Source: Carpediemonas membranifera BICM (Eukaryota; Protista; Fornicata). Taken from it: DNA of 64,000 nt. Positions 11,107-20,497 of the stretch are shown here, piece by piece. Position 1 is the stretch's first letter. Every line of letters begins with the position of its first letter. The notes below the pieces were generated by a model. That model ran no database searches and was not told where the DNA came from. It saw only the letters and a program-made list of their open reading frames with translations. A program made the position numbers and the translations under genes. Location: assembly GCA_019828565.1 (NCBI GenBank), contig JAHDYR010000012.1:620001-684000 (forward strand), read 5' to 3'.

Positions 11107-11345
11107 TGCACCTTCGATGCAACTTCAGATCAGATAGAGCAATCTCCTTTCCACTACGACTCCCAGAGAGGTGCTCTTCCTCACTATCATTAACTTGCTA
11201 AGTTGAGCAAGCACGCGCTGCAGCGCGCGTGATATGCTGCGCACGATTGATAGAGTATGATGAACCACACTGCGATCCTGATGCTGCTTGGATCACTGTG
11301 TGTTTTGGACTCAAGTATTCTTATCCTGCGCAGCACACCGAATTC

Positions 11346-13073
11346 ATGGTTGGCCAAGTTTGGCTCTTATTTTTCTGCCTTGTGGCGCTATCTCTCTCAA
11401 CTAACACCTCATTTCTTCGCCTCCCTTCTGAATCACCTTCAATCACAATCACAACATCGGCTGGAACCGCTCTGTCATGCTCCGCAACGGCCACGGCCAT
11501 CGTAGCGTACTCTCCTTCCTTCATCATCCCATACGAACTCATTGAGACCGCTACCCCAATCGCTACGTCCAGCGGCGCAGCGTGCTCCTCGACAGACTGC
11601 GCCGCCATCGCTCACAGCATCATCTCTGGATCCACCACCACCGCGTCGAGCATGCAGACCGGCCGCTGCTGCGACATGGCATGCGCGTACTCTACTGACG
11701 GATGCAGGTCCGGTCTGAAAGTAGGGTCGGCCCACACCGGTTGTCGGCACTGCCTCGCCGCCTCGGGCGCGGAGTGGGTCGTCGCGTCGGTCGACAGCAC
11801 TTCTGAGTCGTTCGCTGTGAGCTGCACCGTCGACGGGGCCTCTGTGGAACTGAACAACACGACGCCGACTATCGGCGGGCTGGCAGCTGCTGTCGACCCA
11901 GCGTCGGTCCCCACGTATCTCATATACCCCCGCGGATCCAATCTCACCGTCCAGCCCGGCCAGCTCTTGGGCCTTGACGCCGGCTCTATCTGTTCCCAGA
12001 CGGGCCAGACGGCATGCGTCCCCTCTCTTCCGACAGCACTCAGCACGTGGCTCGCAAGCGCCTCCTTCTGCACCAAGGGCCTGGGCGACGGGCTTCCCAT
12101 GCTTCCAGCCGACCTGCTTGCTGCCGATGCCGCCCTCCTGTTGGTCGGGGAGAGTCCCAAGTACGCGATTGACTTTGACTACACCGTCGACGGCCAGACG
12201 CTTCATATCGGTCTCGACGTCGTTCTGGATGTGACCGAATCGGCCATCGCTGATCCCTCCTCTGTATCAGCTGTCGCCACTGCGAAGGACGGCCTGCTCA
12301 CCGTCGTACTGGCCGACATACCAGCCGCGGTGACCTCCGCCATCGTGTCCTGTGCCGACTCCACCTTCGAGTCGGCGGTAGCCGGCACTTCAACGACGCT
12401 GACCTTTGCATGGGCCGAGGAGAGCGACGTGTGCCAGCTAGGCCTCTTAGCCGACGACGTCGAGGTCGGCTGGGTGGAGGTCCCCGTCGACGCCGACGAT
12501 GCAGAGGCGTGCCGCGCCTTCGAGTGTCTCTATCGCGACATCGCACTCGGCGGCGTGCTCGCCCTCGTGGCCACTGCCAGCCTCGCCATCCCCCTCGCCG
12601 CGGCCCTGGTCAGGCTGGGTGTGTGGGCGATGGGCAAGGTCCGGTCCCGGCGGGCACCCACACGGCCCCCGGCCCCCCGCCCGCCATCGCCGCCCCTCCG
12701 TGTGGCCAACAGCAACGAGAAGGAGTTCCCCGACGTCATTTCAGCCATCAAGTACTACGCGGCGTCCGGAGCTTCTTACGGCTGCCTGACGATCATCTTC
12801 TCTAGCACGCACTTCCCAATGTACGTCACGCTGATAGAGGACGACGCTGAGGTCAACGGCATCCCGATCTCACCCATGCTTGTCCCGGCCCGCCTCGAGG
12901 TCATGAGGAAAAACGGGTGGCGAGTGAAGAACGTCTATCTAAGCATCGCCAACGGCCTGCTCGCATCCGACTCCGAGCCTGACTCCGACCTCGAGGCGCC
13001 TATTACCCTGCTGCACAGCGTTGACCTCGGCCGGCGAGGGCCAGTGCAGCCGAGCCCCTTCCTGCACCAATAA
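11346..13073 (+). CDS. Cys-rich type I membrane glycoprotein-like protein
   Basis: Signal-peptide-like MVGQVWLLFFCLVALSLS, beta/Ser/Thr/Cys-rich ectodomain, TM segment IALGGVLALVATASLAIPLAAALV, Pro-rich linker and cytoplasmic tail. Stop overlaps AATAAA. Confidence 0.75.
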   Translation: MVGQVWLLFFCLVALSLSTNTSFLRLPSESPSITITTSAGTALSCSATATAIVAYSPSFIIPYELIETATPIATSSGAACSSTDCAAIAHSIISGSTTTASSMQTGRCCDMACAYSTDGCRSGLKVGSAHTGCRHCLAASGAEWVVASVDSTSESFAVSCTVDGASVELNNTTPTIGGLAAAVDPASVPTYLIYPRGSNLTVQPGQLLGLDAGSICSQTGQTACVPSLPTALSTWLASASFCTKGLGDGLPMLPADLLAADAALLLVGESPKYAIDFDYTVDGQTLHIGLDVVLDVTESAIADPSSVSAVATAKDGLLTVVLADIPAAVTSAIVSCADSTFESAVAGTSTTLTFAWAEESDVCQLGLLADDVEVGWVEVPVDADDAEACRAFECLYRDIALGGVLALVATASLAIPLAAALVRLGVWAMGKVRSRRAPTRPPAPRPPSPPLRVANSNEKEFPDVISAIKYYAASGASYGCLTIIFSSTHFPMYVTLIEDDAEVNGIPISPMLVPARLEVMRKNGWRVKNVYLSIANGLLASDSEPDSDLEAPITLLHSVDLGRRGPVQPSPFLHQ

Positions 13074-13128
13074 AGCACGTCGACTGGCCTTCGAACGGTC
13101 AAAATACTGACTTGTTTACTAGCACCGG

Positions 13129-13692
13129 TCACGCCATCCCTGTGGTCTCGCCCATCGCCTCAGCAGGCTGGCCGGCGGGGCTCAGCAGGCTGGCCTTCTT
13201 GATGCGGGCCCGGTTCACCTTGTTGGCCTCGGCCACCGCGGTAGAAATCACACCACGAAGGTGGGTCTGGTGTCTCCGCTCATGCTCGGACGCGTCGCTG
13301 ATCTGCTTCCGCCGGGCAGACATCGGTGTCAGGCGTAGGTCGGGGTCGGGCCGCAGTCTCGCCTGGAGACGGGCGGGGGCCCTTGAGGTCTGAATATTGC
13401 TCAGGTTCGGCGGCGATGACCAGGCCGTTGCGGATCTCATCGAGCTGGGCTTGGGATGCTCCCGGCGATCGCGGGCCTCGAGGACCTTGTTGAGCTCCTT
13501 GCGGGCGCGCATCTTGACCTTCGTCAGCTCGGTGGCATAGCGGCGATGGGCCAACGCAGCTTTTTCTCTGCTCTGGCGCTCCAGGTAGGCGCCCTTGTGC
13601 TTCTGGCTCAGTCGGTCCTCAACGGCAGCTGGGAGATGTCCATGCGGAGCCTCGTTCAAAACATCGAACGCTTCGTACCTGTTTGTTTCCAT
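13129..13692 (-). CDS. hypothetical basic helical protein
   Basis: 187 aa ATG ORF with host-like codons. Confidence 0.6.
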   Translation of the reverse strand: METNRYEAFDVLNEAPHGHLPAAVEDRLSQKHKGAYLERQSREKAALAHRRYATELTKVKMRARKELNKVLEARDRREHPKPSSMRSATAWSSPPNLSNIQTSRAPARLQARLRPDPDLRLTPMSARRKQISDASEHERRHQTHLRGVISTAVAEANKVNRARIKKASLLSPAGQPAEAMGETTGMA

Positions 13693-14075
13693 TTGATCTG
13701 GCTTTTGAGCTCATTCGCATCCGTACATTGAGATTCGCAGTGGTCTTCGCAGATTGGTTGATCGATATACACGTATACATACCGGCAATGTATACATAGC
13801 TCGGTGCGCCTCCCGCGATGTCACAGCGACAGCAGTGAGTGTGTGACTTGGCGATACCGCACGGCTCTCTTGTTACCCTCAGCAACCTCTCTCGAACAAC
13901 CGGCAATCCGACCTCTGGGGATTGAAGACTCGCGACTGATGCCCGAGTAAAACATGTCGCCCACGACCTCCTCAGCGAGAGATTGTGCGAATCAAAGTCG
14001 ATCTCCCAAATCTATTTGATTTGCCAGTTTTGACACAAACAGACAGCATTCACTTACAACGACGAGACGTCCAAA

Positions 14076-16655
14076 ATGCCTCTCGCACGTGTCAATGACT
14101 CTCTTGTAGCCTTATTACATGCAATCGACGATTCCACCAACCGTAACATCGCTCAACACATCGCTGCGCTTGAAACTGACCTCAAGGCAATGCAAGGCTC
14201 CAGCTGCCACCATCTCACGCGTTCCCGGGAGTTCAAACGCGTCTGTCTCGAGGTATCCCGGCAGGCGGCCAAGGTGCTGTGCTGTTGGATCCACGGCCCC
14301 TCGTCGGTCAGCCTCAAGGCGCTCATGGCACTGCGGACAGAGGCCAACCGGGACGGGACGGGGCTGCTGCCGCTGTACGAGATGCTGAGCCTGGTGGAGG
14401 CGGACACATTTGTTGCCACGGCCGAGCACACGAAGGTTTACGACCCCTCCGCGATCCCACTCGCAGACTTCTGTATCCCCCCGGGGAGCAGGGCGGCTGT
14501 GTTCGGGGCGGGCTCGTCCAAGCAGTTCGCCGAGAACGCCAGCACATGGAAGGACTTCCTGAGGGAGGCGGCCCGGCGGGTACGGGACCCGGAGGTGCGG
14601 GGCTCCCCGGAGGCGCGGCAGGAGAAGCTGGCCGTGCTGCACTGGTGCAAGGGCATGATGGTGGGGGTGAACGCGTCGCTGCCCCTCGCCCTGTGCGACC
14701 TGATCGGGTTCAGCACCGACCGAATCTTCCTCAACGTCTCGGTCGACCTCAGGACCGAGCTACTCGCCCTGTTGGCAGGTGGGCCGGTCGAGCTGGAGAG
14801 ACGGCTGGAGCTGGTCAACGTCCAGGCGACGCTGCGGCCCGAGACAGGTCAGCGGGCCCACGGGCTGTTCCCCCTGACCACCCCGGGGTCGGAGCCGGAG
14901 CTGTGTCAGACGCACTATAGGGATCTTTTCGACAGCCCCCTGTTCAGCAGCATCACCACGACCAACTACGACCTCGTGCTCGAGCAGGTGGCGGGGCTCG
15001 AGGCCGACCCTGCGGCGGGCCGGGACTACTGGCTGCCTGCCCAGTACACGGAGGACGTGGGCGGGCTCACGGAGCACTGCATGGTTTACCACAGCCACGG
15101 TCTGATCGGGAAGGCGGTCCTGACGCCCTCGAGCTACCTGAACAACCACGACGTCCTGTGCCAGCGCTTCCATGAGTGGGTGACGAGGGATGGCCGACTG
15201 CCCCGCCTGCTGTTCATCGGGGCGAAGGACACTGTGTTCGACTATACACGACTGGGGGTCCTCGTCACGATGCACCCCGACGGACCCCCCCTGCCGCAGG
15301 ACCGCCACATCCTCTTCCTGCGGGACTACAACAACCAGGTGGCCATCCTACTGGACAAGCTGGCCCGCAGCGGCATGGAGCAGTACATACAGGTGGTCAG
15401 CTACCCCAGACACGTCGACCTCTTCTCCAAGCTGCTCGTCTGGTCGAAGCGGACAGCCCTAGCCCTGTGCAAGGTCAACCCCGCCCTCGTCACCAGGGCA
15501 CGGGTACCGTCCGATGATCCCGCATTCACAGGCTGCCTCGTCCCCTTCTCGGCGCCCACGGCGGACGGTCTCCGACTCCTGCTGACCCACCGCCCCGTCG
15601 TCCTCGGCCGGCGGGAGTACCGCTTGTTCGTCCGGGACGGCAGCTATCTGACTCCAGTTGAGTCATTCAATGGCTCCATCGACTCGCCCCCCAATCTGGA
15701 CCTCGGGTCCGAGGACGTCCGCCACTCGAGGTCGGTTGTCTTCATCAGGCGGCAGGAGGGGTCGACCGGCCCCACCTTCTGGGTGTTCGACCTGGGCACT
15801 CACCTGTGGCGCTGCGTCAGACTCGACTCCGCGACGAGTCCGGAGGCCGTCCAATGGCAGGCCCTGTGGAAGGCCCTCCGGTACATGGGCCGCGGCCTCA
15901 GCATCGCCGCCTGCTGCCCTGATGACATCACCCCCGCCTACCCGGCTGAGGCCACTGTGTGCGAGCTTCTGTCGGACCCCGCAGGGCCGGGGCAGGTCGT
16001 CGATGTGCGGTGCAGCCGCCAGTTCCCCGCCATCGCGCTGGCCGACAGTCCCAGAGCGCTGTGGATGGTGCAGGGTGGGCGGTGGAGCTGTCTCGGGCCC
16101 ATGGTGCGGACCCTGGACGAGATCCCCGCGACGTCCCGGTTGCCCCGTCTTCCCATGCCCACCGCCCTGAGCGGGGTCGGCCCCAAACACGGCCTGCTGC
16201 TCACCATGGTGCGGGCCCAGGAGCTCGGGCTGCCCGTGCCCGTGTGGGTCGTCAGGAGGGCCCTAGACCTCATCCCCTTGGAGTCACTCCAGGCTGCGGA
16301 CTCGTGCGGCTTCCGGACATGGCCGGCGGAGGACGGAACCGTTGCCCGCATCAAGCCGGTGTCGAAGTGGGACGACGACTCGGGCAGAGTCGAATGGACC
16401 CTCTTCGACCCCGACCGCCGCTACCCGGCAGTGACACATCCCCTGGGCGTAAAGTTCGCCGCGGGCACGGGGGCCGCGGCGAGGATCTTCGGCGACTTCG
16501 CCGTGGTCCGCTGCGGGGCAGGAGATGGGTACAACGTCGTCGTGCTGAGGGGCAAGGGCTACGTCGAGGCCATGCCCTGCGACATGTGGGTGTTCGAGGG
16601 GGATGCCGCTTGGGACCTCATCGTGGAGGTGCTGTGGCGTTCGACGACAGGCTGA
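14076..16655 (+). CDS. SIR2-like (SIR2_2 / FAM118-type) domain protein with uncharacterised C-terminal region
   Basis: Ordered motifs VFGAGSS..W..FL, ITTTNYDLVLE, YHSHG, VLTPSSY, LLFIG. Confidence 0.8.
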   Translation: MPLARVNDSLVALLHAIDDSTNRNIAQHIAALETDLKAMQGSSCHHLTRSREFKRVCLEVSRQAAKVLCCWIHGPSSVSLKALMALRTEANRDGTGLLPLYEMLSLVEADTFVATAEHTKVYDPSAIPLADFCIPPGSRAAVFGAGSSKQFAENASTWKDFLREAARRVRDPEVRGSPEARQEKLAVLHWCKGMMVGVNASLPLALCDLIGFSTDRIFLNVSVDLRTELLALLAGGPVELERRLELVNVQATLRPETGQRAHGLFPLTTPGSEPELCQTHYRDLFDSPLFSSITTTNYDLVLEQVAGLEADPAAGRDYWLPAQYTEDVGGLTEHCMVYHSHGLIGKAVLTPSSYLNNHDVLCQRFHEWVTRDGRLPRLLFIGAKDTVFDYTRLGVLVTMHPDGPPLPQDRHILFLRDYNNQVAILLDKLARSGMEQYIQVVSYPRHVDLFSKLLVWSKRTALALCKVNPALVTRARVPSDDPAFTGCLVPFSAPTADGLRLLLTHRPVVLGRREYRLFVRDGSYLTPVESFNGSIDSPPNLDLGSEDVRHSRSVVFIRRQEGSTGPTFWVFDLGTHLWRCVRLDSATSPEAVQWQALWKALRYMGRGLSIAACCPDDITPAYPAEATVCELLSDPAGPGQVVDVRCSRQFPAIALADSPRALWMVQGGRWSCLGPMVRTLDEIPATSRLPRLPMPTALSGVGPKHGLLLTMVRAQELGLPVPVWVVRRALDLIPLESLQAADSCGFRTWPAEDGTVARIKPVSKWDDDSGRVEWTLFDPDRRYPAVTHPLGVKFAAGTGAAARIFGDFAVVRCGAGDGYNVVVLRGKGYVEAMPCDMWVFEGDAAWDLIVEVLWRSTTG

Positions 16656-16771
16656 ACGGGCCAATGCTCCTGGCTGGGCATGCGGATGTAATAGTAAAGA
16701 AGCGCGGGTTACCGGTGTGTCGAGAGGCGCTGGAACTCCGCTATACTCCGACAAAGCCGATTTCGCAGCTT

Positions 16772-17833
16772 ATGCAACAAAATCTTAGAAAGATGTCTGG
16801 TTCGCTAGATATCAGCGGAAACAGTTCACAAATTCAGGCCGCAAAGGAATTCTTCAACTCTTGCTTGTTTGAGCGTGCGAGCATTCTCTCCCGCATGCAG
16901 AACTCTGCGAGCAACAGGTGGGACGAGCTCTTCGCCTTTGAGCACTCCCTCGCGATCACCTATGTGCTTGACGGTGTCTGCATCCTTGTTCGCGACCGTA
17001 CGCTGACTGCTTCCCTGCTCAAGCTCGAGATTCATGGAAAGCTCAAGGCGCTCCTGTCCGAGGCCCTCAAGGCTGCAGAGATGCCCAAGTGGACCGACCG
17101 GCTGGCCAATGCCATCTACTGGTCCATGGCTAATGGCATCGTGATCGAGGACGTCGCTGAGCCGCTGCAGGCCCTGGCGAGCCGGTCGTCAGACGTCATC
17201 CTGCGCCGCACCGTCCTCGCGGTCGCAGACATGAAGCCGCGGCCTCTAGACGCCCCTCAGTCTCCCGAGCTCGAGCTCGAGCCGGTGACGTCACCCATCC
17301 ACGCCCCGTCGCCCGTGGGTCGTCTCCAGGCGGCCGTGAGCCTGACGCCAGAGGTGCTCAAGGCGATGGCTCCGGGCTTCGATGAGCCGGAGGAGAACGA
17401 GGACGAGGCCCCACCCATGACCCCTATGGAGGCGACGCTCGACTGCGGGGCCGAGGCGATCTCGGACCCCGTCGAGGAGCCTGGCCGGACCGAACGGGCG
17501 CACACGGTTGAGATCCAGGAGCAGGAGGCGCAGTTCGAGGTAGAGGACGAGACGGAGAGTGAGAGTGAGCCCGATGAGCCCGACACCAACACGGACACCA
17601 CACGGAGTGGGTCGGAGGACGAAGAGGAGGGGGAGATCGTGCAGGATGAGGTGGAGGAGCAGGAGGACCATGCGGTGGAGGCGGATGCCGATCCTGAGGT
17701 TGAGACCGAGGAGCCCGCTGAGCCTGAAGTCGAGCAGCCTTCGGAGGAAGCTGCGGAGGAGGCGGTGACTAGCGAAGACGCGCCCGCCGCTGATGTCGAC
17801 CCTTACGAGGAGTCGGCGACCGAGGACATGTAA
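16772..17833 (+). CDS. hypothetical protein with acidic low-complexity C-terminus
   Basis: 3' part of the 15959 ORF, with ATG at 16772 or 16793; E/D-rich tail. Confidence 0.7.
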   Translation: MQQNLRKMSGSLDISGNSSQIQAAKEFFNSCLFERASILSRMQNSASNRWDELFAFEHSLAITYVLDGVCILVRDRTLTASLLKLEIHGKLKALLSEALKAAEMPKWTDRLANAIYWSMANGIVIEDVAEPLQALASRSSDVILRRTVLAVADMKPRPLDAPQSPELELEPVTSPIHAPSPVGRLQAAVSLTPEVLKAMAPGFDEPEENEDEAPPMTPMEATLDCGAEAISDPVEEPGRTERAHTVEIQEQEAQFEVEDETESESEPDEPDTNTDTTRSGSEDEEEGEIVQDEVEEQEDHAVEADADPEVETEEPAEPEVEQPSEEAAEEAVTSEDAPAADVDPYEESATEDM

Positions 17834-17941
17834 ATATACACTATTGATGCACTCATTGCGCGGCCCAGCAGATTTATGGCGATTTACGGATACTCATAAA
17901 TCAGAAAATTCAGCAACAGCATCAAGCATTGGTGTGGGGCT

Positions 17942-20014
17942 ATGTTTCGCCTCAAGACAAAGACGAAGGTGAAAGACAGTCATAGGAAGAGCCACTCTTC
18001 ATCCAAGACCGTTGTTGAGCGGAATGCTTCAGCCGGCGCCCTGAAATATGATGATTATGGCCGTCCGACGAGTGTAACCAAGAATCGAGAGCATGCGCAC
18101 CATGGCTCATCAAATAAGCTACTGGACGCAATAGTTGATCCCGTTCCGCGCCCGAGTAGTCACCGGAAGCATGGTCGTGAGCATACTGGGAGCTCATCGA
18201 GATCTCGTTCGTCGCACGGCAGGCGAGATGACCGCACGCCGCGGGAGCATACGTCACGGGAACACACCCCACGGGAGCACCGGCACCACCGGCCCCTCGA
18301 GGATAGCGCAGGACCCCCCTCCCGCCCCGCGCCCGTACCCGAGCCGCCTGTGGTGGTGGAGACGACGCCCGCCCCGGCCGAGAGGAAGAAGATCGTCGTG
18401 CAGTCCGAGCCTGACCCCACGCCCGGCCCCGTGAGGACGGACCCGAGGCCCAGCCCGGACACGCCCATGGCCGCCGACCAGACGCCCCAGATCAGGTCCC
18501 AGCCGCACCCGCTGGCCTCATCACCGGTCGAGGAGGTCGAGGCTGAGCCCGAGATCCTCGTGGAAGAGCCGGCCCCGATCCTCGACAGCCATCAGCCCGT
18601 GCTGCCGCACAGCCCAGAGCCCGCGGTGTCGCCCGTCGTGGAGAGGACCCGGGCGCTCGCCCTCGCCGACCCCATGCCCGCCAGCCAGCCTCTGCGCAGG
18701 AAAACACCCAGCACGGGCGAGTTGAGGCCCGTACATGTGCCCCACCGGCCCGCCCCGCCGTCCGACGAGGATGAAGATGAAGAGGACGAGGAGGCGGGAG
18801 AGGTGTTCGACCACACGTCGCCCCAGCGTCCCGAGCGCATACAGCCCCGCCGCTGGTACGAGCACCGCGACGACGCGTCCTCGTACGGACTGGCGGCCGC
18901 GGAGCAGCGGGACGACCCCACCCGCGTCGAGCTGCAGGAGTCGCACCTGTCCGACTCGACGGCCTCAGCAGAGCTCGGGCTGCCCGACCCCCGCTTCGAC
19001 TCCGGCCCCGAGACGTCCGACTACGCCCCACAGGACCCGCCACGGTGGAGACCGAAGCCCGTGCCCGCCCTCCCGCGCCAGGCCCCGCCCTCCGCCCAGC
19101 AGCGGGCCAGGTCGCCCCGTGGACTGAACTCCCCCACCGCTGACCTGGACCGAGCCGAGTTCCCCGAGCAGGACATGGCCGAGCGGCTCTTCCGGCGGGG
19201 ACAGGCTGCGTTCGACCGGCACATGGCCTGGATGAGTGAGATGCTTGCTAGAGAGAAGGACATCCTTGCCGCAGCACCGCGGACCCATGTGGCGCTGCCC
19301 CACACCCGCCCCGTGAGCCTGGCGGGCCTGCCGTCGGACATCCGCAACACGATCGACTTCCAGTACCAGCAGAGCCCGACGCAGTACATCAACCCCTCCA
19401 TGCGCCACACCAACGCCCACGCCACCACCCGGGCCGAGGCTATGCCGGAGTCTGAGGTCACCGGCATCCCCGCCATCGACGGGGCCCGACTCTCGCAGTT
19501 TAAGCCCATGGCCCGGCCAGTGTCCGCCACACGGCAGCGGGCCGGCAGCAGGACCATGCCCCGTCGGCCCCAGTCCGCGGCGTCCGTGGCCTCTGTCCCT
19601 GCTCCCCGCGCCAGGCCGGTAGATGTCGCCCCGCCGAGAAGAGCCCGGCCGGCGTCGTCGATGGGGTCGGCCCGCCGGGCCGACCATGGTCGGCCCCGGG
19701 CCCGCAGCCAGGGCGACGTCCGCATGGCCCCACAGCCCGAGGTGCCCCGCATCTCGATGAAGCTGGCCCGCTCCCCGGACAGGCCGCTCGAGACGAAGAC
19801 GTCACCCCGCAGACACACCGGGGGAGGCCTCGTCGCCCCGTCCGTCCAGCCACGTCGAGCCAACCTGCGCACAGTGGCGTCCGAGGGCGCTGTGGTGCGG
19901 GACAGCGGGTACGCGTCAGGCCGGGGCTATGCCCGGCAGCAGCCGCACGTCGAGAGGGCCGCTCGCATCCCCGGAAACCGGGACGACGACGAGGGCGAGC
20001 TCTACGGCGTGTGA
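17942..20014 (+). CDS. hypothetical intrinsically disordered Pro/Arg/Ser-rich protein
   Basis: 690 aa ATG ORF with host-like codons and low complexity. Confidence 0.7.
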   Translation: MFRLKTKTKVKDSHRKSHSSSKTVVERNASAGALKYDDYGRPTSVTKNREHAHHGSSNKLLDAIVDPVPRPSSHRKHGREHTGSSSRSRSSHGRRDDRTPREHTSREHTPREHRHHRPLEDSAGPPSRPAPVPEPPVVVETTPAPAERKKIVVQSEPDPTPGPVRTDPRPSPDTPMAADQTPQIRSQPHPLASSPVEEVEAEPEILVEEPAPILDSHQPVLPHSPEPAVSPVVERTRALALADPMPASQPLRRKTPSTGELRPVHVPHRPAPPSDEDEDEEDEEAGEVFDHTSPQRPERIQPRRWYEHRDDASSYGLAAAEQRDDPTRVELQESHLSDSTASAELGLPDPRFDSGPETSDYAPQDPPRWRPKPVPALPRQAPPSAQQRARSPRGLNSPTADLDRAEFPEQDMAERLFRRGQAAFDRHMAWMSEMLAREKDILAAAPRTHVALPHTRPVSLAGLPSDIRNTIDFQYQQSPTQYINPSMRHTNAHATTRAEAMPESEVTGIPAIDGARLSQFKPMARPVSATRQRAGSRTMPRRPQSAASVASVPAPRARPVDVAPPRRARPASSMGSARRADHGRPRARSQGDVRMAPQPEVPRISMKLARSPDRPLETKTSPRRHTGGGLVAPSVQPRRANLRTVASEGAVVRDSGYASGRGYARQQPHVERAARIPGNRDDDEGELYGV

Positions 20015-20094
20015 GCGGAGGCCTTGTAACACTAAATCACTGTCTATGCCAATGGGGCGGGCTTTATGTCACATGGGCGAGGGCATGGGGCAGC

Positions 20095-20355
20095 TCAGTC
20101 CGAATTCTCGGTGGGCGCTGCGGGTTCTGCTGGTTCGGGCTGCTTGAATTTCTGGAAGAAAGTTCTCGCGTAGGTGAATACGTCGTCTGGCTTGTCCGCA
20201 AGGAGACTGTTTAAGATTATGAGGGAAAGAACAAACTCTGTCATGAAATCGCCGAGCAGAACCTTCAACTCTGGATGACTTGACAAATATTCTGAGTGCT
20301 TCTCCGCTAGCTTGTTCTCTTGTTCAGTTACGTCCATTCGCTCGTTTTTTGGCAT
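20095..20355 (-). CDS. RIIa/Dpy-30-type dimerisation-docking domain protein (RIIAD1/CATIP-like), intron 20207-20236
   Basis: H..YL..HPELK.LL.DF..LL..KPDDVF.YAR.FF. An in-frame 30-nt GTTTGT..AACAG intron interrupts the motif. Confidence 0.75.
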   Translation of the reverse strand: MPKNERMDVTEQENKLAEKHSEYLSSHPELKVLLGDFMTEFVLSLIILNSLLADKPDDVFTYARTFFQKFKQPEPAEPAAPTENSD

Positions 20356-20497
20356 AAACTGCACAGGCAAAAAAAACAGCGCTACCCGAGTCAGCTAGTT
20401 CAATGGATGCATGCTAGAGGTCTGCACAGTGCCAGTATCGTCAACAGGGACCCCCGGATCCTCATTAAAAAGTGGAAATTCACGCCTCGCTCCCTCG

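Noticed and set aside
9830-11345. Terminal inverted repeats or a transposase for the Fanzor element
   Set aside because: I could not identify TIRs, TSDs or a transposase ORF by eye; the ends need multi-copy alignment.
13773-13795. Hairpin GTATACAT-n7-ATGTATAC in a divergent intergenic region
   Set aside because: A single 8-bp stem with no other support for an ncRNA or element end.
15959-16771. N-terminal 270 aa of the 624-aa ORF overlapping the SIR2 gene
   Set aside because: R/G/A-rich off-frame read of the SIR2 gene; the real gene most likely starts at 16772 or 16793.
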